Source of the DNA: Bugula neritina
Lineage: Eukaryota > Animalia > Bryozoa
Assembly: GCA_964035545.1 (NCBI GenBank)
Contig: OZ037766.1
Location: 14,622,722 to 14,686,721, forward strand
DNA: 64,000 bases
Reading direction: 5' to 3'
The notes under the pieces were generated by a model. It ran no database searches. It saw only the letters and a program-made list of their open reading frames with translations, and had not been told where the DNA came from. The translations under genes and the position numbers were made by a program. Of the stretch, positions 9,179-21,454 are shown in pieces; the first letter of the stretch is position 1, and every line of letters starts with the position of its first letter.

Positions 9179-10259
9179 CTAGTCCTTAGTGGCCCGTTTG
9201 AGCCGATTGATGGATTCCTGTAGAGACTTCAGCTCGCTGGTCACTGCCTTCACTCTGGGGGTTAATCGATGCACCTCTCTCTCTCGAGTTCATAGGCCCT
9301 TACTTCAATCTCCCGCAGGTTGCGGGCCAGAGGAGAAGAACGGGAGGGGGACCGTTATGATCGAGGCCTCTTTCGATCTGCTGGAGGAAGTGGAGGAGGA
9401 AGGGTGTAGGTCTGGGTGTCAATGCGTTGGAGGACGACACGTGGGAGTGTTCTAGGGCGACGTATGGAGTTAGGCGATGACGGGGTAGAGAAACAAGGCG
9501 GCTTAGTGACAGGTCCTGGCATAATGGGTCTAGGTGAGGGGAATCCGTGCTCCAGATGGGTGAATCGAGCGGTGTCAGTGATGAAGGCAGGATAAGGTTG
9601 AGAAAAGTAGGGTATGAACTATGAAGGCTCGTCCACCTCATAGATGTGTCCCGGGAAACAACGCATAATCCGCTGGTGCCTCAACACATAGTCTCTGTAG
9701 TAACTATATTCACCACAGGAGCAAAAGGTTGTCACAAAATGTTGAGGGAGGTGAACTCGTAGTTGTCGATGCGTTGTGAAGTGCTGCTGGCACAAACGGC
9801 ACTCCGTATTGTCTTCATTCCCCGGTATTTCTGGAATTCTGCCTCAGTGGCGAGTGTGGTCCAACAGGACTTGACTTCCAGCTGGTGTAGTAATTTGTTA
9901 GAAGAGGGGGTCTGTGTGGTGGGCTCCGGATCCCAGGCCATCTCCAAAGATGGCATCCCTGGTGAGACGGGAGCGAGTGCGTTGTCTACAAAAGTAGAAT
10001 TATTGTCAGATCGCAGTGGATCTTTACAACATAATTCTAGTGACAATCGACTGTTACTAGCCTGAGAGTCACAATTTTTATAAGGCACTAGAGAGACCAG
10101 TTGATTACGTGTAGACTGACCAGTGTCCAGTTCGAGATCTAACAGATCGTCGGCCATTACTGCGTCCTCATCGCCATTCACGTTAAACGTTGTCCCCAGT
10201 AATTCTGATTCAATCCGACTGCTTAGTTCAGAATTAACTGGCATCGAGCCTGTTTCCAT
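9179..10259 (-). pseudogene. Accessory ORF downstream of pol (env position), C-terminal coiled coil; disrupted
   Basis: Fragments 9732-10259 and 9300-9641, plus a terminal frame EREVHRLTPRVKAVTSELKSLQESINRLKRATKD* that aligns with the 22242-22688 ORF. Confidence 0.55.
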
Positions 10260-10344
10260 GGATAGGAATACAAGACTTATACAGGCTTACCTGTGAACTT
10301 GGTATTGGTTTCCATACTCAACGTTCAGTGGTAGTAATTTTGAG

Positions 10345-13300
10345 TTAAAGAGGTAGTTGTGATATACGTCTGCCCTTAGCGATGTCAGCGTAGGAAAAGG
10401 CTGGGCGGCGTGTTTGTTGCACATGGTTGGAACTATTTGCCCCGAGCGCATTAATTCCTCCCACTATTCTGCCCTCGCAAAAGTTGATATTTGCGTGGGG
10501 CTCACAACTCCTACATTTGCCTGATAATTTCTCCGTACGGTTTTCTCCTAGACTTTCATACGTGCCGCTTTGGACGCAGTCACATACGAAGTCTTTTAAA
10601 TATGATGGGGGTTGCCTCGTACATTGTCCACGCTCTAGGGGAGGTGGCGCACTCACCGGTGAACTAGTAGGGGCCTCTAACGGCGCTTCTAATTCACCGG
10701 TAGTGATTACTTCTTCCTGTTCTCCGGATGGAGCCCCTCTCTCCGTGGGGGTTTGCACTTCCGGAACCGGTTCGGTTTCTGGAAGTGATGGCATCAGACT
10801 TGGTATGGGAGGCGGCGGACGCACTTCTGTGGGTAGAAGCAGTCGCTCGTCTCGTACCAAGTCTTCTTTCTGCGGAACGACCACTTCATACTCGGGTCCA
10901 TGCCGCCGTCACCCACGCGTTGTCGTCTGCTTCCTGGACTCCAACAACGGGGGGGGGGGGCTTTTCCCACTGCGTCTGGACTAGCCCAATACGGCTTCAA
11001 GCAAACCTCATTTTAGATGGACACTTGTCCTGAGCGCTCGATCTTGTAGGTATGGTTGGGCATAGCCTTGACTACCACGTAGGGTCTCACAAACTTAGGC
11101 TGTAATTTAGCTGCCTGCCCGCGATGCCTATGGTAGTTAACCATCCACACCCAATCTCCCGTTTGATAGAGGGGTGGTTCCTCGGAATCCTCGCGCCGCA
11201 CCTGCCACTGCTTTTCTCGCAGCATTTCGTGTGCGACCCTCATCCGTTCCACTAATTCTCTGGCATACTCGTGAACCGAGTTGTCTTGCTCTGGAATGTG
11301 GTAAGTGAGATGGTCAGGTACCCGAGTCTCTCTCCCGCGCATCAGGAGGTTTGGGGTCTCACTAGTACTGGTGTGTGAGGTGCTACGGTATGCACGCATG
11401 ACTTGTGGCAATACTGTATCCCATTCCTCCTGACTGCGTCTGAGGAGTAGACTCCGGAGGGGTTAGGGGCATGGGTCCGACCAGGTCGACAGCTACTGCT
11501 TGCCACGGCCTTCCAGCATATAACCTTCGCCGTCCCGCTTCACCAGGGAGACGGCCATGCTTGCTGGCCTGGCAGATTTTACACTGTTTTACTCTGAGTC
11601 GGACGTCACGCTCCATTTTGGGCCAATACCACTGGAGTTGTAATTTAGAAATCAGTCTCTTGACTCCTGCGTGAGCCTGTTTGTGAGTGTCCCAAATTAA
11701 CTAATGGCGTATGGCACAGGGGCAGACCACCCTCTTCCTCTCCGGGTGTCTGCCATTGGCGGCTAAGGAAACAGTCAGCAGACCATCTTGCCCGATCTGC
11801 AGCGAGCCCCAACGTTGGCAGAATAGCCGGAACTCAACGCATCCTTGCCGCAGTTGTTCTTTGCTGGGTCGCTGCCCTTCCTTTTTGGCCCGATATATGT
11901 CTGCCATTACCCCAGGCAGCTCTTCCTGAAGCTTCTTCAGCTCCCGGACATTATCGGCCAAAACAGGGTTGGCGCGGAGGTTTTGTACAACCTCGGGGGA
12001 CTCATCAACCTTCTGTTTGAGTTGACCCTGGTCCCAGTCAAACTGTGCTCCGTGGTGAGCCAGTGCCTCTAATTCACATCTTGGGGGACCTCCGTTCCTT
12101 TTTTCGATGTTGAAACACTGTTTACAACCTCCATCAGGTCGGCGGCTCAAACTATCCGCATTGCTGTGCCTCCTGCCCGGTCGGTGTTTGATCTGGTAGG
12201 AGAACTCAGCTAGGATTTCGAGCCACCGGGCGACCTGACTGGACGGTTCTGCTGTCTTGCACAACCAGATCAGGGAGGCATGATCCATACGCAGACGGAA
12301 CTTCTTGCCGTACAGGTTTGGTCTGAACTGCTTCACTGACTTGATTACTGCCAGTAACTCCTTGCGGGCAGTGCAGTAATTTCGTTCAGTGGGTGAGAGA
12401 GACTTGCTGTAGTAAGCTACTACTACTTCTCGGCCTTCCTGCACTTGGGACAACACAGCGCCAACATTCTGGTCACTGGCGTCTGTGTCAAGGATGTACT
12501 CTAGAGTGGGGTCTGGGTAGGCCAAGATGGGTGCCGTCAGTAGGCAACCCTTGAGGTGGTCGAACGCCTGTTGTTTGACCGGGGTCCACTGCCACGTCAC
12601 TCCCTTTGCTGTGAGCCAATTTAATGGCTGTGCTATCCCCGCGAAGTCTGGTATGTATTGTCTGTAACACCCCACCAGACCCAAGAAAGCCTGGAGTCCA
12701 GTCAAATCTTGGGGAGTGACCCAGTCTTCTACTGCTCGTACCTTTTCGGGATCCGCCGCCCCGCCGTTTCGACCGACAACGTGCCCCAGGTACTTGACCT
12801 CTGGCTGCGATAGAGCGCACTTGGAAGGTTTCAGCTTCAGACCAGCACCGCTGAGTCTTTCGAAAACCTCCCGCAGACGACTGACGTGCGTCTCAAAGTA
12901 TGGGGAGATCACGATGACGACATCGAGGTAGATTAGCAGTGTTTTTCAGTGGAGTCCGCTGAGGACTTGCTCCAACAGCCTCTGAAAGGTGGCCGGGGCG
13001 GAGGTTAACCCGAAGGGCAACACCTTCCACTTCCACAATCCGTCCCGTGTGATAAACGCCGCCTTCTCCTGGGCATCGGGACGCAGAGGAACCTGCCAGT
13101 AACTGCTCAACAAGTCTAACGTACCGAAGTACTTGCTGCCGGCTAGGGCGTCCAGTGATTCATCAATACGAGGTAGAGGGTAGGCGTCCTGTATGGTCAC
13201 GCTATTGAGCTTGCGGTAGTCCACACAGAACCGCCAACTGCCGTCTTTCTTCCGGACCAACACGACCGGCGAGCTCCACGCACTGTGGGCTGGCTCGATG

Positions 13301-14700
13301 AGGCCGCGGACCAGAAGATCCCGGACTTGTCGGTTGACCTCCTTCTCCGGCCCCAACCTGCGTGTGGGTTGCCGAATAGGGACTGTCTCTGCAGTCAGCG
13401 GTATCTCGTGTCTGACAACTTCAGTCAGTCCCACGTCGTGATCTCCGCTGCTGAACACATCACCGTAGTCGCATAGCAACTTTGCCATAGCCTGGCGTTC
13501 CTCGTTGCTCGCACAGCCACCACAAGCTGTCTCGTATAACTCCCGGATGTGTGTTGGAACAGTGCCTCGCCCCTTTTTAGGGCGTCGAGGGGGTTCTTCC
13601 ATCGCATGTCCCAGCGACGGGCCCACGTCCTCCTCTTGGACAGAGTGGAACCGGCCCAGCATAGATCCAACTGGTAGCTTGATGGACTCAGTAAAAGGGT
13701 TTACGCACTGCACCAAGATCTCTCCTCGCTCAATCAGTTGGTTCAAACTGCTGGCGAGTTGGATTCTTTCGTGCGCGCCTTCAACTACTCCGAGTCCAGA
13801 GATCTGGTTATGGTTCACTCTGCAGTGGATAGTAGCCCGGGAGCGGCCTGGTACGGTACAGTTACGTACCACCTGCATGCCTCCCACTAATGGGCGGCAG
13901 AACTTGTCGACACAGGCGAGTTCTCGCCCGGACATCACCATTGCAGACTTGCTAAAGTCAATGTGACATCCGTGTCATTTCAGGAATGGCATCCCAAGGA
14001 TGGCGTCCTCTTTGAGCTGACTGACGATAAACGTCTTTTGGATCGTTTGATCTCGGACGCGTCCCGTCAGCTCAATTATACCATAGAAGGGAATGCACAA
14101 CCCGTCAGCTAGGGTGCCATACTCCCCCTCGTACGGTTCCATCTCGCCCCTGACCCTAATGCTGAGGGTATCGAAGAGTTGGCGACTTATGAGGTTTGTG
14201 GTACAGCCCGAATCTAGCAGGAAAGTAACAGCTCTACCCTCTATTTTGCCGGGCAAGAAATAGCTGTTCCCATGGGGCTGTACCTGTACTCTCTCTTCGT
14301 GCCTTACTCTCGCAGGGAGCACCTCCCTCGCTTTAGGTCGCGAGGGCGGTTGTTTGGGATGGTGGTAGGGTGTCCTCGGAGATGGGGAGGGTAAGTTTAT
14401 AGTTGCTTGTTCTGGTTCCCTTCCTGATTCTTGGGCTGGAAGCCCGTCGAATCGGTTGTGAAGTGGCATGGAGAAGGTAACAGCGGGGCGGAGCCCCTTA
14501 CCTGTCCGCCGTGGCTGCCGCCACTCCTGGTTGTTAGCACGCGGTACCTGTCTGGGTGACCTACGTTTTTTCTTCTTTCCTGGGGAGTTCATCGTCGGTC
14601 CACAGGAGGCGGGAACATCTGCGGGCCGCGGTAGTTTAACCCCGGGGCAAGGAGAGGGCAATATCTGCGGAACTGTTCTTGGTTTCCACATTCTCAGCAA
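10345..14700 (-). pseudogene. pol: Gypsy pol pseudogene (protease, RT, RNase H, integrase)
   Basis: FLLDSGCTTN (PR); WRFCVDYRKLN, LPFGL and YLDV in place of YLDD (RT); LDTDASD and NADSLSR (RH); H..AH...C..C and AVDLVGP (IN, catalytic core deleted near 11455); stops and frameshifts. Confidence 0.93.
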
Positions 14701-15533
14701 AAACTGACTGTTTCCTCCGGTGACGGCGCCGGCGGTCGCGGAGGCTCATAGGCGATGCCTACTGGGGTTTGATGTGTCAGTGCTGGTACCAGTTTAGCCA
14801 ACATATCAGTCAGCTGGGCAACCTTCGATGCGGCAGTCAACTGTCCCAAGGCAGCTGTCGCGGAGGGCTCTGCCTCCCGATCGGCTGCCGTGTTCGTGGG
14901 CTCTATCTCCACCTGGCGGGAGTTGCCGCGATTTTTATGCATCTGGTTTGCCAGAAGATAAACTTCTCCTTTCGCCAGAGCGTCTTCGACTGTGGTAACT
15001 CCCCTGACTAGAAATTGATGGTGGAGTCCAAAGTCGTTGACGGACTGCACAAAGGCGTCAAAGGTATACCTCTCACGGTTAGCTTGAGGCAGATCGCTAT
15101 ACGCAATCTGCGCCAGCTTCATTACCGTGGTGGCATGTTCTTGTAGCGGGGTGTGGAGATCACGCCGCAGCCTTTGTAGACAGCCTCGAGCATCTATGGC
15201 AGAGATGCCGAAGCGGGCCCGTAGAGAAGCAAAGATACTATCGATGTCTAGCCCTAACCCATAGGGCTTGGCCTTGTCCACCAATGACATTCAGAGCTTC
15301 AGCAGGGCCACCCTAGGTGGCCACTGGGCGACGTCCATCACGCCACTAAACTTTTGAATAAATTGTTCCACTTCTTTTTCACCCGTGAAAGTGGGTGCCT
15401 TTAACCGGTAACGGTCCTCGTTCAGCTCCCGCGGAACTCTTCTTTCTTCTACTACATGGTTCACAGGAATAACATCATCTCTACGCTCACCTTCTACCGG
15501 CTGTGGTTGCGCTTCAGCATCCTCGGTCTCCAT
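14694..15533 (-). pseudogene. gag: Gypsy gag pseudogene (in-frame TGA at 15291)
   Basis: ATG 17 bp after the PBS; KAPTFTG...EQFI..F......W motif; the two ORF-track pieces are in frame across one stop. Confidence 0.8.
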
Positions 15534-15549
15534 CTTCGATGTGCACAGT

Positions 15550-15567
15550 ATCCCACCGCTGCCACTA
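15550..15567 (-). promoter_or_regulatory. Primer binding site (tRNA-Leu type)
   Basis: TAGTGGCAGCGGTGGGAT, one mismatch from TGGTGGCAGCGGTGGGAT, 1 nt inside the 5' LTR end. Confidence 0.8.
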
Positions 15568-15736
15568 CTGTTATAATTTCCCGAATTTGTGGGTTGGTGT
15601 GCAATCAAGAGAGTCTTAGTTATTATGCTAGAGAAACTTCGCCAAGATAGTTCGAACTAATACTAATATGTTTTATACACAAGAATACATCACAAAAACT
15701 ACACAATTACATTCAGCTAATTGATACGGTCTATAC

Positions 15737-15960
15737 CAGGGGTGTCCAACCTTTTCAAACCGAGGGCCAGTCTGCAAGTTTCAGCTTGAGCTGGGGGGCC
15801 ACAACATTTTTTCTGTTTTTAAAATCAATTTTCAAGATTCATTAAACATCTGCAGGCTATATGCAGTGTAATTATAAGCGAGGGCTAGGCTTTGCATGTT
15901 TATTAAAATCATAACATATTTAAATAGATATATATTATTTATGTGTGTGTGTGTGTGTGT

Positions 15961-16059
<99 letters not shown>

Positions 16060-17544
16060 CATTTAGTTAAAATAGGTAAACAAGAAACATTTCATTTTCA
16101 TTACTTTAATAACCAATAACTATATATGCATTTATGTTTGTGCATAAAAAATTATACATATATACATACAAAGTATATATTCATGATTGTACATGCAAAT
16201 TTAAACAAGATGTGCCAGTGCTAAGAGTTTGTGCTCATATCAGTATAGTAATATTTTACAACCCTCAGTGAAACACTTGTGAGTACACAGTGAGTACTGT
16301 TTGCCTTGAACAATTCTGTTAATATCTGGTTTCGTATCAGAACATATAACCTTTAGTTGCTGGACTAAGTGCTGGCTATAGTGAGTGAAGTGTAGTATTT
16401 ATTTTGTGTATTTCATTTGACTGAAAATTAAAAGTTTAAAGTTCAAACCTTCAAGCCATCTCAGTGCAGCATCTAACAAGTAGTCAAAGGTCAAGGTAAT
16501 CACAAATCCCAAATCCCAAATCATTTCAGTACATACTCGCACAAAATTCATTATAAAACAAATTGTTTAGGCATCTAACCTTAAAACGGTATGTAAATGA
16601 AAACTAACATATGCATAAGAATATTTTAGTACTGCATATAAAGTGAAGTGTGTCAGGGATTCTTCAACTACTTATCTTTCACATTACAATCAATAAAAAT
16701 GAGATCTTAGTTATACTTTTAAAAAAGTCTTGTCTCTATATGGCCTGTCCTGATTAAATGTTTTTGAAATACAGTATCTGTCTGCACAGGATAGCTAAGG
16801 GCAACTTTTTAGCTGCAACTGCCTTGCTGAGGTTTGCATTGTAACTGTGTAAAAATTCAGTACCAATAAAAACAATCTCATTTAATTGAAGGCTACTAGA
16901 ATCAAAATTTAAAAACTATGGTGTGAATCTTATTTTTTCTCAGTGCAGCTTTTTTGGAATTGTTTCATTAATTTGCAAAGTTATAAAAAAAACTGCACAT
17001 TTTTGGCTAATTTTGCCTGAAAAGTTGATTTTTTTAGTACCAGTAAAATATCTTAGCAGGAAAACATGATATCTGAATAAAAAAGCAATGACTATATTTT
17101 AGATTTTATATAAATTGTGGATTTATACACTGGAAATGGTATACTTCTTTTTAAGCAGTAAACACTGTGCATCACTTCACACTTCAGTGAACGCGTAGAG
17201 ATGAGCATATAATATAGGGGTCTACATTACTATAAGTCACAGGCTTGCTAGCTCACAGGCTATAATGACTAGCTTGGTGTTATTAGTTGTAGCTTGATCT
17301 CAGGCTAAACAATGACAAGTAGGCAACACGCATACCACCCACAGAACAGTATTGTAGAAGAACTTAAACTACATTTTAATATAAATTCTTAGTGAGATGC
17401 TCTCAACTATCCTATGTGCTGCTGTTTCAGGCTAGTTAGCAAATTTGATGTACAACAATTTGTAACTTGCTATACCTTGGGGGGCCACACAAATATAGCT
17501 GGAGGGCCGGATCCGGCCCCTGGGCCGCCTGTTGGACAGCCCTG
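15737..17544 (-). mobile_element. Non-autonomous hAT (Charlie/Buster-type) DNA transposon
   Basis: 14-bp TIRs CAGGGGTGTCCAAC / GTTGGACAGCCCTG (1 mismatch) and a perfect 8-bp TSD GTCTATAC (15729-15736, 17545-17552). Remnant of the transposase C-terminus (FSQMK...SLT..HL...L.....KPDI) on the minus strand at ~16265-16430. Confidence 0.93.
15942..16054. repeat. (GT)n(GC)n(GT)n compound microsatellite
   Basis: Directly visible; it explains the spurious HT-repeat ORF. Confidence 0.98.
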
Positions 17545-17734
17545 GTCTATACAGTTCACCTGCCTAAACTCAACTAACTAAACAGGGGGGAAACTACTAC
17601 TACTCAAAACTGTCAGTCCTGCTAATTGGTTGTTCATTGTTCCGGGTCATCTCTATGACCCCGTGCTGCACTCATGGGGGAAATAACATTTCCCGTTATT
17701 ACGCTGCTGGTAGCTCCACGAGCCACCACAATAT

Positions 17735-19847
17735 GACATTGAGTTTGCATGTACCACTGCTAAGCAAATGCTACATGAGTCAAGTAACTGTGATATTTTA
17801 AATAAACATATTATTTTATGTAAAGATTTATCTAAGAAATATTTTGATATAGCTGGGCAAGTTCATGTAGATCTAAGAAATGTAATATTGGAAATGCAAA
17901 CCTCATTTCGAGCTCGTGTTAACATTTCACATTTGCCTGTTAGTCGCAATAGTAGTTCAACTGTTTTGTCTGGCACCGATAACGGGCATGCGGCGCGAGA
18001 TCGGCTGGGGCGAGACGGTGTTCGTGGTGTAGCGAGTGTTTCATTCGGTGGGGCTTTGCAACCTGAACAAACACCAACTAATGACAACTTGAATAAATAC
18101 CCTGTAGATAAGGATGAACAAGTGGATTGTTCTCATTTAGCAAACAATAGCGCACACAAATTCCAGTCTTGTTATGCAATTCCATATGAGATCTTACCAG
18201 CAAAAGATTCTCTATTGTTTCAGAATATGCAGGGTACGAACCTCCACCCATTAACCTTTCATTGAGTAAATCACGGCACGAAAGCAATGAGCCTGTTAAT
18301 CGCGAACATGCTTGCAATTCTAAATTTAAAAAGCACCCCCGACCTACATTTAGTGGCATACGCCGAGAATGGCCCTAATTTCGCACAGTCTGGAGGCGTT
18401 ATCCGGCTTTCGAGTTTCAAACAGAAGAAGAAAGAGCAGCAGCTCTTAGAAACAGTCTTAGTGGTGCAGCATTCCACTGCATAAAATCCATATAATTATT
18501 CACACCAGCCTAATGCCTATGAGCGACAATGGGATAAGCTAGAGAGAAAGTACAGTGATGTGAGCTTGTGTGTGCAGAGTGTATATGATGAGTTGAGCAG
18601 ATTAAAACCAGTATTGAGCGAGGACCACAGGGCGCTAGCTCAGTTTGTCGATGAGATAGAGCAATGCTACAGCCAACTTGCAGAAATCGGTCAGACGTCT
18701 GCCATTACAATGTCGTACATTGACGAGCTGGTTGATAAGCTACCTAATTTTATCAAAAAGCAATGGTGTGAGATATATGAAAGCTTGAGTGTTGAGTGCA
18801 AAGTTCACCCGTTGCCAAGTTTCATGGGATTCATGGAAGGCTGCAGACGAACAGTATCACGGTTAGCTGAACGTCAGATATATATCGGTGAAAACAAGAC
18901 CTACGTGGTCAAACAGAATAAAACTCATGCAAAAACGTTGACTTTCCATACAAAATCTCAAAGCGATAGCCAAAATTGCTTAATTCATGTTCATGCTAAG
19001 CATTCAACTGAAGAATGTAAAGTGTTTCATAGCATGTCGATGGATGATAGATTTAAGTTAGCGAAAACCAACAGAGCTTGTTTTAAATGTTTTGGTGCTC
19101 ATAGAAGGAAAGATTGCAAGTCGAAAAACAGCTGCAGTAATTGTAATGACAATTACCATCATTCCTTGCTATGTAACAGACAGAAAGATCAAGCAAAAAT
19201 AGAAAATACATGCCATAAAGATGTGGGAACAGTTGTCAACAATCATCTGGTACAACCTACTGTAGAAGAAATTATTTTTCCTGTCCAAGAGGTTCCTGTA
19301 GAGGGACTCAATGCCACAGCACTACTTATGTATGACAGTGGTTCCAATTCATCGTACATCAGTTTTGATGCAGTCCAGCGAATACAAGCAAAGCCAGTGA
19401 AAAGCAATATTTCACTAAGCATTGCAGTGTTAAGGGGCAAGACTAAGAATCTTAAGACGAAGCTATATGAAATAAAGCTCATCAATCAGGAAGGTAAGAC
19501 AGAAAGAGTGACTGCTTATGGCATTGACAACATAACAAGTCCTGTAAAGATACCAAACAACACTAAGATAGCCCAGATCTTCCCTGACGTTGATCTACCA
19601 CTTTTGTACAGGAAATCATCAACTGTTGAAATCCTTATAGGGTTAGACAATGCGCACGTAATGCCAGAAAGAACAGTGGTCAAGACAGAACAAGGGTTAA
19701 GGATTATGGAAAACACATTCAGAATTATGTTGCAGGGGGCGATGACCGATTCAATTCGATCCTCTTCAAGATGTAATTTAACACAAATTGAAGGCAGAGA
19801 TCAGGTTTCTCATGGAGCTCTTAAGTTTCAAGTACAAAGCAATGTTA
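17735..19847 (+). pseudogene. BEL/Pao gag-protease pseudogene
   Basis: ORFs 17768-18265, 18287-18484 and 18560-19942; the tail of the last one reads into the MITE. Confidence 0.85.
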
Positions 19848-20191
19848 GCCTAGGGCCACACGGTGCGTATTTTCGCATGCGAAAATTGAAATCACAAGTA
19901 GCAAAGGTGTCCACTGTAGCGTCAGTGATGCGTGATAAATAAAGCATTCATTTTTAAATTGCACTCGCTTTCAATAAAACGTAATTTACTGGAATGTAGC
20001 ACTAAAACAAAGAAATTGGGCTCGCTGAATAACTACCAGCCAATTAGGTGACGACGACAGAGACGATTCGCACTTGCGTTGAAAATGAAGAGCGACAAGT
20101 GCGAATGTTTTCTCAACGCACACAGTGGACATCTTTGCTACTTGTGATTTCAATTTTTGCATGCGAAAATACGCACCGTGTGGCCCTAGGC
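19848..20191. mobile_element. PIF/Harbinger-type MITE (344 bp)
   Basis: ~70-bp TIRs beginning GCCTAGGGCCACACGGTGCGTATTTTCGCATGC; 3-bp TSD TTA (19845-19847, 20192-20194). Confidence 0.9.
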
Positions 20192-21454
20192 TTAACGCTC
20201 ATATGAAAACTTAGAAGTATTGGAAGAAATACTGCCTGAGCACTATCTACAAAGTCACAGTGTGAATGGGCTTGGTCACAGTAGTGAAGTTAGTCATTCA
20301 GTGTCCGGCACAAGCTTAAGCCAACCATCTGGATCTCAGTTAGGTCTATCGCAAGTAAAGCAAGAGAAAGGCGAAGATGACGCTGAGCATTCAACAAATT
20401 TATTGCTGCAGACTTCACATAGTTCAGCAGATGAGCATGACCTCCAGTCTGATGACAGCAACCAACACTTTATTCCTTCTACAGTAGAAATAGACAAGTC
20501 CAACAAACCACTGAATTATGAAGAAAATACTGCTAAAGTTTTTACCTCTTTTTAGAAGTGCGAAAGCTTTCTGAAAGAATCAGAAGTAAAGTTGAAAAAA
20601 GTCACCCCTCAAGATCCACACCAACAAATAGTCTTTACAAGGCCAGTGTTTGATAAATCTCAAGCAAGTACTGCAGGACATTTTTACAAGGCTAAAATAA
20701 GAGAGATCCAGAATGCTACGGACGGTAACACGAGTGAGTGGTGGTGGATTAAGAGTAATAGCAATTTAGCAGATTGGGTAAGCAGGTCAAAGAGCCCTGA
20801 AAAGATTGGATAAATGGCAGAAGTTCTTAGCAGCTTGAAACCCGTAAAATGCTTAAAGTTACAACATTTTTTAGAAACTTTTGTAATGCTAGTGCAAGCC
20901 AAGATTCGTCTAGAGAAACCATGGGCACGGAAGTCGAAAATCATTATAGTGACGCCCAGCGATCATAGAGAAAGTTGGAGATGTAGTGGCAGTAGCAGAC
21001 AATTGCAGTAAAATACAAACATTTAGATTTGGCTCAAGGGTGCGGGTTTGTGCAGAGTGCAGGGAGGCCGAGTGATTCATGCGGTGCAGAACCTGGCATT
21101 GCTTGTCTCAGTTGATTAGGTGCGCTTATAGTTTCGTGTCGATGCCAGACCAAACAATCATTTTACACTAAATTTAACAGTGAGGTTTGCAATATATCTG
21201 ATGAGCCAAATAATATTTTTGCTTACTGTTAAGTTTTTTTACATTCCAATGTTATGTTTTTTGTTGCCGTTATATTTTGTTCTACTGTTTTTTTTTGATT
21301 AATTTAGAAATTTAATTTAATCAACCCCGCCCCTCTGGTGTAGCAGTGGCTTTTTGGCAGATTTCCAAAAACCAGTTTTTGGTCGATGAGTCAGTGTAGC
21401 TCAGTTTTCCTCCTGCTAAAGATGCAAGCAATCTATACTTAATTGTCAAAATAA

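Larger units (their letters stand above)
8564..17730 (-). mobile_element. Ty3/Gypsy LTR retrotransposon, near full-length, decayed; 4-bp TSD ATAT
   Basis: TG...CA ends, ATAT at 8560-8563 and 17731-17734, PBS, gag-PR-RT-RH-IN order, PPT next to the 3' LTR. Confidence 0.9.
15569..17730 (-). repeat. 5' LTR of Gypsy element (~346 bp once the hAT insertion is removed)
   Basis: Ends GAAATTATAACA next to the PBS, starts TGTGGTGG at 17730 next to the TSD, and is split by the hAT element. Confidence 0.7.
8310..21200 (+). mobile_element. Decayed, internally deleted BEL/Pao LTR retrotransposon, interrupted by the Gypsy element (8564-17730) and a MITE; boundaries approximate
   Basis: DUF1759-like gag, three Cys/His knuckles (CLIH..H...C; CFKC..H...C; CSNC..HH..LC), protease LMYDSGSNSSYI and the RNase H tail KIREIQ...WWWIKSNSNLADWVSR at ~20690-20790. 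PPT-like CAGGGAGGCCGAG is followed by TG at 21073. The reading frame continues across the Gypsy insertion (LHRRY|DIEFACTTAKQML). Confidence 0.75.

Noticed and set aside
9189-15650. Numerous plus-strand ORFs (e.g. 10427-10984, 13505-13966)
   Set aside because: Antisense shadows of the GC-rich Gypsy coding strand with no recognisable motifs.
15832-16062. His-Thr repeat ORF
   Set aside because: Translation of the (CA)n microsatellite.
15569-17688. 5' LTR ending at 17688 (TGTTAT...ATAACA inverted tips)
   Set aside because: No TSD at that position. The 17730 boundary gives the ATAT TSD, resembles the other LTR tip and restores the BEL reading frame.
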